DNA of 64,000 nt, taken from assembly GCA_049599475.1 (NCBI GenBank), contig JBMYOQ010000005.1, positions 64,001 through 128,000 of the forward strand, written 5' to 3'. Made by a program: the position numbers and the translations under genes. The stretch's first letter is position 1, and the number at the start of each line of letters is the position of its first letter. The notes under the pieces are model-generated. The model saw only the letters and a program-made list of their open reading frames with translations. It had not been told where the DNA came from and ran no database searches. Shown in pieces: positions 28,168 to 45,523 of this stretch. Source of the stretch: Opitutales bacterium. Its GTDB lineage: Bacteria > Verrucomicrobiota > Verrucomicrobiia > Opitutales > JABSRG01.

Positions 28168-30729
28168 ATGAGCATTTTCGCGCGAAGATTTTTTGAGCTT
28201 TGGATCCTCGTAGGAGTATCCTCGGTTCTTTGGGCGACTCCGCTTGTTGAGGGTGAGGATGTATTAATCTCATCGGAGCCCACGGCGGATCTATTGAAGG
28301 AAGCTCTGGAGCTCGGTCTGCCGGAAGCGGATGCGTTTCTGGCGGCTGAATTGGAAAAGGAGGGCTTATCCGAGCTGGATAGGGTCAGCCTCCTGGTGGA
28401 GAGAATGGCTTTGGCGATTCAGCTCAATGACTGGACGAAGGCCGCCGCAATCTCGGAGGAATTTCCCGAGGATGGCCCGTTACAGACTGTGCGTCGGCTT
28501 CTCAGCGCGATGCTTTGGTGGGGTGAGCGCGATGTTGCAGAGGCACAGAAGCTCCTAGGGGAAATCGAAGGGTGGCGCTTAGGTGCTCGATGGCGCGCAT
28601 GGTATTGGGTCCTCGATGGGATGATTTCTGAGCATCGCAATGAATTGGCGAAATCAGCGGAGAGTTACGACAAGGCCTTGGAGCATGCGCGAGAGGATCA
28701 ATTGCCATTTTTGGAGCTCCTCGTTGAAAGAAACAAAATCCTTATAGATGGCTCATCGGAAGGGGTTGAGACGGATCTCCTGATAAGGATGAGGGAGTTC
28801 TCTGGGGAGGCGATCGCTCACCAATTTGCGGAGCAGTTGATGTTTTCATATGTGCGCCGAGGCGCATACGACGAAGCATTGGCTCTTCTAGAGGAACGCC
28901 GTGCTTTTATTTTGCTGCCCCGGGATCAGAACTATTTGGATAAATTTAGGCTTTTTGAGGCGCTTGTCTTGGAGGAAAGCGGTCAGGAAAATGTAGCTGC
29001 ATTGGTGCAGCTTTTGGGGTCTGGGCAGACGCCGCGAGTGCTTCGTCAGGGGCTGGAGATGCTTTTGGCGCAGAAGGAAGCTTTGCCTGCGGATGTGGAC
29101 CTTGCTGCATTGTTGACGCGCTGGTCTGAGCAGCTGCCAGTGCATCCCATTCAGGTTGATATTCTGAATGGCTTGGCGGTGCTGGCATTGGTCGAAGAGA
29201 GGTTTCCCTTAGCTCGGCAGGCGGCTGAGGTGATTATCGAAGAATATCCTGGTTCTGAGAAGGTGGCCTCAGCGATGCAGATATTGGCCTGGGCAGACTG
29301 GGATGAAGGGGCTTATCGCTCGGCGGCAGTCTGGTTTGAAAAGCTACGGAACCTAGAAGCGAGAGGTTCAGAAAAAGCCCTGCTGGCTGCTAAAGTCGCG
29401 GATGCTTATTTCCTCGCGGGGGACTATGAGCTTGCGGCTGGAAGCTACGCGCAGGCCTTGCAGAAGCGTTCTGCGGTCGGGGAAATGTGGCCGACGTTGC
29501 AGTATCAGAGGATTTTGAGCTTATTGCGCGCGGATGCGATTGATCAGGCGATCGCAGCTATCAAGGACTATCCCGATGGTTGGGCGGGCGAAGCAGAGGA
29601 ACTGCGTTGGCGGTTGGAGTGGAATGTGGCTGTGCAGTTATCACGCGGCGGTAATCGTGAAGATGCGCAGTCGCGGGTTGAGCGCCTCTTGGAAGAAGGA
29701 GGTTTGCCGGAGTCTCTGGGTTCGCGTTTTGAGTGGCTGAATGTGCGCTTGCTGTTTGATCTGGGCCGCTATGAAAGCGTGATTGCGCGGGCGGACCGGG
29801 TGCTTGGGGGTGCTAATGCAGAATCCGCTTTTGGGCCTGAGGTGAGTGCTGAGCTTATGCTGGTGCGTTCGCGGGCAGAGTTGCGCACAGGCGAAGATGT
29901 GGATGTCGTTATTGCCGAATTGGAATCGATTCGGACTCAATTTCCTGAGACTGAGGCCGCTCCTGAAACGCTCTGGATCGCGAGTCGGATGCTTTCGCAG
30001 CAGGGGCGTTTGATTGATGCAGAGGAGGCCATGAATCAGTTGGCCGCCGAGTATGCGGGCACTCAGTGGTCACGTATGGCTTTGTTTGAGTCGGCGGATT
30101 TGGCGGAGGCTCGAGAGGATTTTGAGCAGGCTGCAAGTCGCTTGGAGGACTTTGTTCAGGAGTCTCCGCAAGACCCATTGGCATTTACTGCGCGCTTGAA
30201 CCAAGCTGATTTGTTGCGAAAGACGGGCGACTTTGATGAGGCGCGCGTGCTCTTGGATTCTGTTTTGCAGGCATTTCCTGGTCATCCGGAACGTTTCCTG
30301 GCTGAAATGATTCGGGCGGACATTTTGGCCGCAGGTTCGGGCGAAAACCGTTTGGAGAGTGCAATCTCTGCCTATGGCCGACTCCTAGACCTCCCTGGCT
30401 TACCGGCTGACCTCCTCTTGGAGGCTCGGTTTAAGCTGGGTAAAGTGCACGAGCGTCTTGGTGATAAGGAGTCTGCGATTCGCGAATGGCTAGAGGCTGC
30501 GCTGAAATTTGAGGAGGCGACTGACGGAGCATTTGTGAACGGGCCTTATTGGGTCTCTCGCAGCCTATTGGAAATCGCGCGAATTTCAGAGGAACAGCAA
30601 AACATTGAGGCGGCTAAGGGGGCCTTGGGGCGTTTGATAGCTCTGGGTTTACCTGGAACCGCTGCGGCAAACTCGGCGCTTCAACGCTTGCGTAGCCCAC
30701 TTGTAGGGCTCAATTCTGTGTCACCCTAA
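28168..30729 (+). CDS. Large exported tetratricopeptide-repeat protein
   Basis: Signal-like N-terminus from ATG 28168; repeated YPGSE, FPETE and FPGHP TPR_6-type turns. Confidence 0.8.
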   Translation: MSIFARRFFELWILVGVSSVLWATPLVEGEDVLISSEPTADLLKEALELGLPEADAFLAAELEKEGLSELDRVSLLVERMALAIQLNDWTKAAAISEEFPEDGPLQTVRRLLSAMLWWGERDVAEAQKLLGEIEGWRLGARWRAWYWVLDGMISEHRNELAKSAESYDKALEHAREDQLPFLELLVERNKILIDGSSEGVETDLLIRMREFSGEAIAHQFAEQLMFSYVRRGAYDEALALLEERRAFILLPRDQNYLDKFRLFEALVLEESGQENVAALVQLLGSGQTPRVLRQGLEMLLAQKEALPADVDLAALLTRWSEQLPVHPIQVDILNGLAVLALVEERFPLARQAAEVIIEEYPGSEKVASAMQILAWADWDEGAYRSAAVWFEKLRNLEARGSEKALLAAKVADAYFLAGDYELAAGSYAQALQKRSAVGEMWPTLQYQRILSLLRADAIDQAIAAIKDYPDGWAGEAEELRWRLEWNVAVQLSRGGNREDAQSRVERLLEEGGLPESLGSRFEWLNVRLLFDLGRYESVIARADRVLGGANAESAFGPEVSAELMLVRSRAELRTGEDVDVVIAELESIRTQFPETEAAPETLWIASRMLSQQGRLIDAEEAMNQLAAEYAGTQWSRMALFESADLAEAREDFEQAASRLEDFVQESPQDPLAFTARLNQADLLRKTGDFDEARVLLDSVLQAFPGHPERFLAEMIRADILAAGSGENRLESAISAYGRLLDLPGLPADLLLEARFKLGKVHERLGDKESAIREWLEAALKFEEATDGAFVNGPYWVSRSLLEIARISEEQQNIEAAKGALGRLIALGLPGTAAANSALQRLRSPLVGLNSVSP

Positions 30730-31388
30730 TGGATAATTTTTATCAACTTTGGCAAGCGGGCGGTCCGATGCTCTGGGTAATGGCCCTGATGAGTATTATC
30801 GGAGCATTCTGTTTTTTGGAGCGGTTCCTCTATTTGCGGAAGTGCACCTTGGCTCGTGCGACCTTCACAAGCGGACTGTATAATCTGGTTGAAAAAGGGC
30901 GCTTGCTTGAGGCTTTGACGGTTTGCCAGGAAAATCCGGGCCCGATTCCTCCGGTGATGCGTGCGGGGTTGTTGAATTTTAAAGAAAATACTGAGAAGAT
31001 TGCGGCTTCGATGCGCGAGGCTGCTTTGCTTCAGGTGCCCTTGTTGGAGCGTCGGATTTCAACGCTTAATTGGGTTGCGAAGATGGCACCCTTGGTGGGC
31101 TTGCTGGGGACCGCGATTCCGCTGGTCAATACGTTTATCTTGATGGGTGCGCAGGGACCTTATGCGAGTAGTGATCTGTTTATCGGAGAGGTCGGTGAGG
31201 CATTGATCACGACTGCAGTTGGTATCTTTGTCGCGATCATGGCGATGAGCTCCTGGTACTGGGTGGATGGTAAGGTGAAGTTTCTTCTGCAAGAGATGGA
31301 GCTGGCTGCGGCCGAGTTTTTGGAATTTCGCCTCAAGATGGAGTTGCGGTTGGACTCGTTGCCTGAGGAGGCTGCGGTTGAGGGATGA
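30729..31388 (+). CDS. MotA/TolQ/ExbB proton channel protein
   Basis: APLVGLLGT and EALITTAVG. Confidence 0.9.
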   Translation: MDNFYQLWQAGGPMLWVMALMSIIGAFCFLERFLYLRKCTLARATFTSGLYNLVEKGRLLEALTVCQENPGPIPPVMRAGLLNFKENTEKIAASMREAALLQVPLLERRISTLNWVAKMAPLVGLLGTAIPLVNTFILMGAQGPYASSDLFIGEVGEALITTAVGIFVAIMAMSSWYWVDGKVKFLLQEMELAAAEFLEFRLKMELRLDSLPEEAAVEG

Positions 31389-31858
31389 GTTCTGAACTCC
31401 AGATGAGCGTCCGGCCTGTATTGGGGGTCGAGGCGGCTCGCCGGTATCGTAAGCTCGGCTGGAGTTGGCTGGCGATTTTGGATTTCGTAGTGATCGGGGG
31501 GCTGATGGGATTCGTGCATTCCGATCTGATTTTCGCCCCCGGCCAGTCGATAGAATTGCCGCGATCCGGGAATGTGGAAAGTCGTCGCATCGAGGCGGTG
31601 CTTACAGTATCCGGGGACCTCTATTTGTTTGATGGTCAAGTCTTTCGTGCGGAAAACATCGAGGATGGTTTTAAAGCCTTCTTTGAAGAGAATGAGAAGT
31701 TGAAGGGGCGCTCAACGATTCTAATTAAGATGGATGCGCAGGCGCCCTCTCGTGCGCTGCTGGATGTCTGTGAACAGGCGCAAACGGCAGGATTTGCTGC
31801 GGTGCACGTGGCTGAGAATCCCGAAGAAGAAACGACGAACTCGGTATTTCCCAATTAG
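31385..31858 (+). CDS. ExbD/TolR-family protein
   Basis: Single TM containing Asp (AILDFV), IELP and ILIKMD; follows ExbB. Confidence 0.8.
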   Translation: MSSELQMSVRPVLGVEAARRYRKLGWSWLAILDFVVIGGLMGFVHSDLIFAPGQSIELPRSGNVESRRIEAVLTVSGDLYLFDGQVFRAENIEDGFKAFFEENEKLKGRSTILIKMDAQAPSRALLDVCEQAQTAGFAAVHVAENPEEETTNSVFPN

Positions 31859-31866
31859 GGCGGGGT

Positions 31867-32601
31867 ATGGGTGTCTCAAGGCGAGTTCTTTGGATTCTGC
31901 TTCCTGTGATCCTGGTGGGGCACGGTGCAGCGTTTTGGTTTCTGGCAACCGGCGTAGAGTTCGGAGAGGCTGGGTCTGATGTAGAGGCTCATGCTGCAGG
32001 TGTCTTTTTCGCGTCCGAATCCATGTTTCAGCAGGATGCTGTAGCTCAGGATATTTCAGAATTGTTCGATACGGCGCCTCTGTTTCTGCCGACGCGTTAC
32101 AATTATACTACTCAGGCGTTGCAGGTAGATGTTGAGCAGGCGGATGGGGCAGGTTTTCAGGCATACGAGTCTTTGCTGGTCGAAGGCTCCGAAGCTCAGC
32201 CGGATTTCCTCGGTAATTTGGGGCGCGGTGATGTCTGGCTGGATTGGACCGCTCCGCAATGGCCTCGCGGGGGCACTCCATTGCCGCAGGTAAGTGAGCG
32301 TAGTCCTGCATTTCACGTGAAAGTCCTGGCGGGTGATGGGGAAGTTGTCGGAATGCGCGTCGGTTCGGTGGACGAAGCTATAGAATCAGCATTTCAAGAA
32401 TCGTGGCGCCCTGTTGTGATTGCCGCGGCTTATGATGAGTTGGGGCCGGTCGGATTTCCGCGTCTTATAGAGTCAAGTGGTAGCTCTGAGGTCGACCAAT
32501 GGCTTGTTGAACGGGTGGACCGGACCGCTGCAGACTGGCTTCCGAGGGCTGGAGGATGGCTTCGTTTCGTGGTTTCTCCCTGGATCGGCTCGGATATTTG
32601 A
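31867..32601 (+). CDS. Putative TonB/TolA-like energy transducer
   Basis: N-terminal TM containing His (LVGHGA), C-terminal ESSGSSEVD TonB-C-like motif, operon context. Confidence 0.5.
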   Translation: MGVSRRVLWILLPVILVGHGAAFWFLATGVEFGEAGSDVEAHAAGVFFASESMFQQDAVAQDISELFDTAPLFLPTRYNYTTQALQVDVEQADGAGFQAYESLLVEGSEAQPDFLGNLGRGDVWLDWTAPQWPRGGTPLPQVSERSPAFHVKVLAGDGEVVGMRVGSVDEAIESAFQESWRPVVIAAAYDELGPVGFPRLIESSGSSEVDQWLVERVDRTAADWLPRAGGWLRFVVSPWIGSDI

Positions 32602-32641
32602 CGAGAGCTGACGTTTTAACGGTTTTTGTACCAATTTGATA

Positions 32642-32670
32642 TTGACGGACTTTCCCCCGAAACCCAGATT
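32642..32670 (+). promoter_or_regulatory. Putative sigma70 promoter for tRNA-Thr/tuf
   Basis: TTGACG-17 nt-CAGATT, about 33 nt before the tRNA. Confidence 0.45.
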
Positions 32671-32702
32671 CCTACGCTTTCCCAAATTATCAGCACTTTT
32701 CA

Positions 32703-32778
<76 letters not shown>

Positions 32779-32813
32779 GACAAACTTCTTAAATATAACA
32801 ACCTCTAACATCC

Positions 32814-34004
<1,191 letters not shown>

Positions 34005-34084
34005 GCTTTTACCGATAGTTACTTTTACCAGGCCGGACCTTCCAATTTGGGGGTCCGGCTTACCCTTTCTAAAAGCACAGTTAC

Positions 34085-34160
34085 AGGAGAGTAGTTCAAT
34101 TGGTAGAGCAGCGGTCTCCAAAACCGCAAGTTGGGGGTTCGAATCCCTCCTCTCCTGCCA
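34085..34160 (+). tRNA. tRNA-Trp (anticodon CCA)
   Basis: AGGAGAGTAGTTCAATTGGTAGAGCAGCGGTCTCCAAAACCGC...GGTTCGAATCC...CTCCTGCCA. Confidence 0.97.
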
Positions 34161-34169
34161 TTTTATAAA

Positions 34170-34373
34170 ATGAAAAACCCATTTCAGAGCATCCGCATTT
34201 TCTGGGGAGAAATGATCCGTGAGCTTAAGAAGGCATCATGGCCCTCCTTCAAGGAATTGAGAAATAACACCGTAATCGTGCTGATCGCTATTGCGCTCCT
34301 GGGTGTATTTACGAGCGTCTCCGATTTCGCGCTTCTGAATATTGTCGAGTTTTTCACCAATTTAGTCAGCTAA
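34170..34373 (+). CDS. secE: Preprotein translocase subunit SecE
   Basis: ELKKASWP plus one TM; lies between tRNA-Trp and nusG. Confidence 0.93.
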   Translation: MKNPFQSIRIFWGEMIRELKKASWPSFKELRNNTVIVLIAIALLGVFTSVSDFALLNIVEFFTNLVS

Positions 34374-34400
34374 GGCCTTGGCCTTAATCCCCATTTATTT

Positions 34401-34970
34401 ATGCCCTTAAGTGGTCCACAGTGGTTTGCCGTTCAGTGCCTTTCTAATCAAGAGGCGAAGGCTAAGAAGTATCTCGATAAGTTCATCGCCATCGAAGAGA
34501 TGGGTGAGTTTGTATTCGAGGTCTTGATGCCGGAAGAAACTGTTACTGAAGTTAAGAATGGCAAGAAGACCCAGCGTCGCCGGAAGTTCTATCCAGGCTA
34601 CATCTTTGTGCACATGCGTCTGTTTGACGACGATGGCAAGCTCCTCCAAGAGCCGTGGTACTTCGTTCGCGAAGCGCAAGGGGTGATCAATTTTGTGGGC
34701 GGAGAACGTCCGGTGCCTCTAAAAAAGGCAGAGATCGATCGTATCCTCACGCAGGCCCAAGAAGCAGAAGGCAAGGAAGTGCCAAAGGTCACTTACGAGG
34801 TCGGCGAAGAGGTCAAAGTCAACGACGGACCGTTTGCTTCTATGACCGGCCGGGTCGACGAGGTCGAGCCAGACAAGGGCAAGCTCAAGGTGTCGGTATC
34901 TATCTTTGGCCGTTTCACTCCAGTCGAACTCGAATACTGGCAGGTCGAACGCCACATCGAAGAGGAATAA
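34401..34970 (+). CDS. nusG: Transcription termination/antitermination factor NusG
   Basis: KFYPGYIFV, KOW motif DGPF and IFGRFTPVEL. Confidence 0.98.
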   Translation: MPLSGPQWFAVQCLSNQEAKAKKYLDKFIAIEEMGEFVFEVLMPEETVTEVKNGKKTQRRRKFYPGYIFVHMRLFDDDGKLLQEPWYFVREAQGVINFVGGERPVPLKKAEIDRILTQAQEAEGKEVPKVTYEVGEEVKVNDGPFASMTGRVDEVEPDKGKLKVSVSIFGRFTPVELEYWQVERHIEEE

Positions 34971-35041
34971 ATTTCATCACGACTCATTAACTTTGGTTTG
35001 AGGTCTTTAGGGATTTCAAACCGGTCGAGATACAAACCAAC

Positions 35042-35464
35042 ATGTCAAAAAAAATCACAGGAACCATCCGTTTGCAGCTCCCAGCAGGTGCCGCCAATCC
35101 CGCTCCTCCCGTAGGTCCGGCTTTGGGTGCCAAGGGTGTAAACATCATGGGCTTCTGTAAGGAGTTCAACGCGCGGACAAAGGACCAAGCTGGAATGATT
35201 CTTCCGGTAGTCATCACCGTCTACGCAGACCGCTCCTTCACATTCATCCTTAAAAGCCCACCGGCTGCTATTCTTCTCAAGAAGGCTGCTGGATTGGCTA
35301 AGGGTTCAGGCGTTCCAAATCGCGATAAGGTAGGTACGGTTACTAAAGACCAAATCCTCGAAATCGTGAAGATTAAGGAAAACGACCTGAACGCTAAGGA
35401 TCCTGAAGCCGCAGCCCAAATGATCATCGGTACCGCGCGTAGCATGGGTATCGAAGTTGCATAA
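35042..35464 (+). CDS. rplK: 50S ribosomal protein L11
   Basis: [12 protein letters not shown] and GTARSMG. Confidence 0.99.
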   Translation: MSKKITGTIRLQLPAGAANPAPPVGPALGAKGVNIMGFCKEFNARTKDQAGMILPVVITVYADRSFTFILKSPPAAILLKKAAGLAKGSGVPNRDKVGTVTKDQILEIVKIKENDLNAKDPEAAAQMIIGTARSMGIEVA

Positions 35465-35507
35465 CGAAACACACTGATCCACATCCGGATCTTAAATACT
35501 AACGAAA

Positions 35508-36200
35508 ATGGTAAAATTACACAAACGATACCAGAAAGCTCTTGAAGTCGGAGATCTGACTAAGACGCACTCTCTGGAAGAAGCCGTGTCGCTGCTCAAG
35601 CAGATGCCTTCGCCCAAGTTTGATGAGACCATCGAGCTCTCCGCTCACCTTCTGGTAGACCCACGTCAGAGTGACCAGATGGTGCGTGGCACCGTTTCCC
35701 TGCCTCACGGTAGTGGTAAGAAGGTGACTGTGCTTGTCTTCACAGACAATCCAGAAGACGCCCTCGCTGCTGGCGCAGATTACGCCGGTCTAGAGGACAT
35801 GCTCGAGAAGGTCAAAGGGGGCTGGCTCGATTTTGACAAAGCGATCGCTACACCTGCCGCGATGAAGGTCGTGCGCACCGTAGCTCGGGTCCTCGGACCC
35901 CGTGGTTTGATGCCGAACCCCAAGTCCGGCACTGTCACCGACGATATCCCAGCAGGCATTGAGGCTGTAAAGTCTGGCCAAGTTGAATACAAAATGGATA
36001 AGACAGCCAACGTATCGGTAGTCTGCGGAAAGAAGTCTTTCGACGCAGAGAAGATCGTGGCAAACGTGCAATCTGCGATCGAGTCGATCGGCAAGGCACG
36101 CCCTGATGTATTCAAGGGTCGCTATGTGAAGACCATGGCTATCTCTGGATCTATGAGTCCAAGTGTGAAGCTCGAGGCTTCTACTTTTAACAACCTCTAA
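35508..36200 (+). CDS. rplA: 50S ribosomal protein L1
   Basis: KFDET, RGTVSLPHG and LGPRGLMPNPK. Confidence 0.99.
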   Translation: MVKLHKRYQKALEVGDLTKTHSLEEAVSLLKQMPSPKFDETIELSAHLLVDPRQSDQMVRGTVSLPHGSGKKVTVLVFTDNPEDALAAGADYAGLEDMLEKVKGGWLDFDKAIATPAAMKVVRTVARVLGPRGLMPNPKSGTVTDDIPAGIEAVKSGQVEYKMDKTANVSVVCGKKSFDAEKIVANVQSAIESIGKARPDVFKGRYVKTMAISGSMSPSVKLEASTFNNL

Positions 36201-36212
36201 GGATTACTTCTA

Positions 36213-36737
36213 ATGAGACCTGAAAAACAATTTCTCGTAGAAGAGGTAAATACGCAGCTCGATAAGTCTGACTACGTCTTTTTGACGAACTACAGCCGTA
36301 TCACTGTGGAAGAGACCGAAGAGCTACGCAGCGCGCTTGCAGCGCACGGTGCTGAGTTCCACGTCGTGAAGAACAGCATCCTCAATGTAGCCGCTAAGGC
36401 ACGCGAGCTTCCTGATATGAAGGACTGGCTCTCGGGCCCTACCGCAATTGTTGTCGGTGGAAACAACCCATCTGGAGTTGCGAAAGCCCTCGGCAAGTTC
36501 TTCAAGGACAAGGAAAAGGTAGAGCTCAAAGGTGGAGCGCTTTCTAACCGTTTGTTGAACACGGACGAGATCGAAGAATTGGCTAAGCTGCCAAGCCTCG
36601 ACATCCTACGCGCTCAGCTCATGGGACTGCTCAATACACCTGCGCAAAGCATGGTCGGTGTGCTCAACGCTGTGCCAGTATCCGTCGTCAACCTTCTTCA
36701 GGCGAAAGTCGATCAAGAAGGCGGTTCCGACGCGTAA
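36213..36737 (+). CDS. rplJ: 50S ribosomal protein L10
   Basis: VVKNS, GPTAI and LAKLPS. Confidence 0.97.
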   Translation: MRPEKQFLVEEVNTQLDKSDYVFLTNYSRITVEETEELRSALAAHGAEFHVVKNSILNVAAKARELPDMKDWLSGPTAIVVGGNNPSGVAKALGKFFKDKEKVELKGGALSNRLLNTDEIEELAKLPSLDILRAQLMGLLNTPAQSMVGVLNAVPVSVVNLLQAKVDQEGGSDA

Positions 36738-36748
36738 CATCATCTTTC

Positions 36749-36796
36749 GAACAAGCAGTGTGGGGAGCCTGCTTGTTCTTTAAAACAATCTCCCCA
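36749..36796 (+). promoter_or_regulatory. Candidate H-type RNA pseudoknot in the rplJ-rplL spacer
   Basis: S1 gaacaagcag/ctgcttgttc (10 bp); loop tggggag pairs with ctcccca (7 bp) after an 11-nt A/U linker. Confidence 0.55.
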
Positions 36797-36880
36797 TTTC
36801 AACAGTCCAAAGAACCCGGCTAGGGGAACACTCCTTAAACATCCCAGACACCTGAGATACCTACCATTCAAGGAAATATC

Positions 36881-37273
36881 ATGTCAGATATCACAAAAGA
36901 CCAAGTAATCGACTGGCTCAGCTCACAATCAGTGCTCGAAGTAGCCGGTCTCGTAAAAGATCTCGAAGAGAAGTGGGGCGTTAGCGCTGCTGCTCCTGTA
37001 GCTGTAGCTGCTGCTCCTGGCGCTGCTGCTGGCGGAGGCGACGATGCACCTGCTGCTGAAAAGACTGAATTCGATGTTGTTCTCACAAGCTTCGGCGAGA
37101 AGAAGATCAACGTAATTAAGGAAGTTCGTGGAATCACTGGACTTGGCCTTAAAGAAGCTAAGGAACTCGTTGAAGGAGCTCCAAAGCCAGTCAAGGAAGC
37201 TGTCTCCAAGGACGAAGCGGAAGAGATCCAAAAGAAACTCGAAGCTGCAGGAGCTAAGGTCGAACTTAAGTAA
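36881..37273 (+). CDS. rplL: 50S ribosomal protein L7/L12
   Basis: [18 protein letters not shown] and GLGLKEAK. Confidence 0.99.
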   Translation: MSDITKDQVIDWLSSQSVLEVAGLVKDLEEKWGVSAAAPVAVAAAPGAAAGGGDDAPAAEKTEFDVVLTSFGEKKINVIKEVRGITGLGLKEAKELVEGAPKPVKEAVSKDEAEEIQKKLEAAGAKVELK

Positions 37274-37324
37274 TCACCGACTGTCTTTGCATTTTAAGAA
37301 CAACTCTTCTTTTTTTACAGCTTT

Positions 37325-37439
37325 GCGCTCCGGTCAAATGACCGGCGCGCTCTGCTGTTTTTCAGTATCTACGCCCTATAATACCCCGAATCGATGAGAT
37401 TACAGTGGGCCTCACGGCTCTGCCTAAGCCGTGATGCCC
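37325..37439 (+). promoter_or_regulatory. Two hairpins in the rplL-rpoB leader (attenuator/processing-like)
   Basis: gcgctccggtca-aa-tgaccggcgcgc with a distal T-run, and gggcctcacggct-ctgccta-agccgtgatgccc. Confidence 0.5.
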
Positions 37440-37481
37440 GCTTTAAGTTCATCTGAATTTATTATAAATACACCAACCATC

Positions 37482-41255
<3,774 letters not shown>

Positions 41256-41279
41256 TACAATCGCAAACGCACACATTTA

Positions 41280-45401
<4,122 letters not shown>

Positions 45402-45430
45402 TCTCAACGAGAACTTCTGAGAATTATTTC

Positions 45431-45465
45431 AAAGCCTCGGACTCTTGAAGAGTTCGGGGCTTTTT
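45431..45465 (+). terminator. Intrinsic terminator after rpoC
   Basis: aaagcctcggactct-tga-agagttcggggcttt followed by TT. Confidence 0.88.
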
Positions 45466-45523
45466 CCTTTGATCAAATGAACAGCCATTCATGGTTTAAT
45501 AAATTGTATAGGACATTCGTTTA

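Noticed and set aside
34005..34169. No rpmG between tuf and secE
   Set aside because: The tuf-tRNA-Trp-secE order also occurs in other PVC genomes and is not unusual.
36805..36860. Possible relocated L10-leader (gtccaaaga...cttaa)
   Set aside because: Only loose word similarity; the required flanking helix could not be paired.
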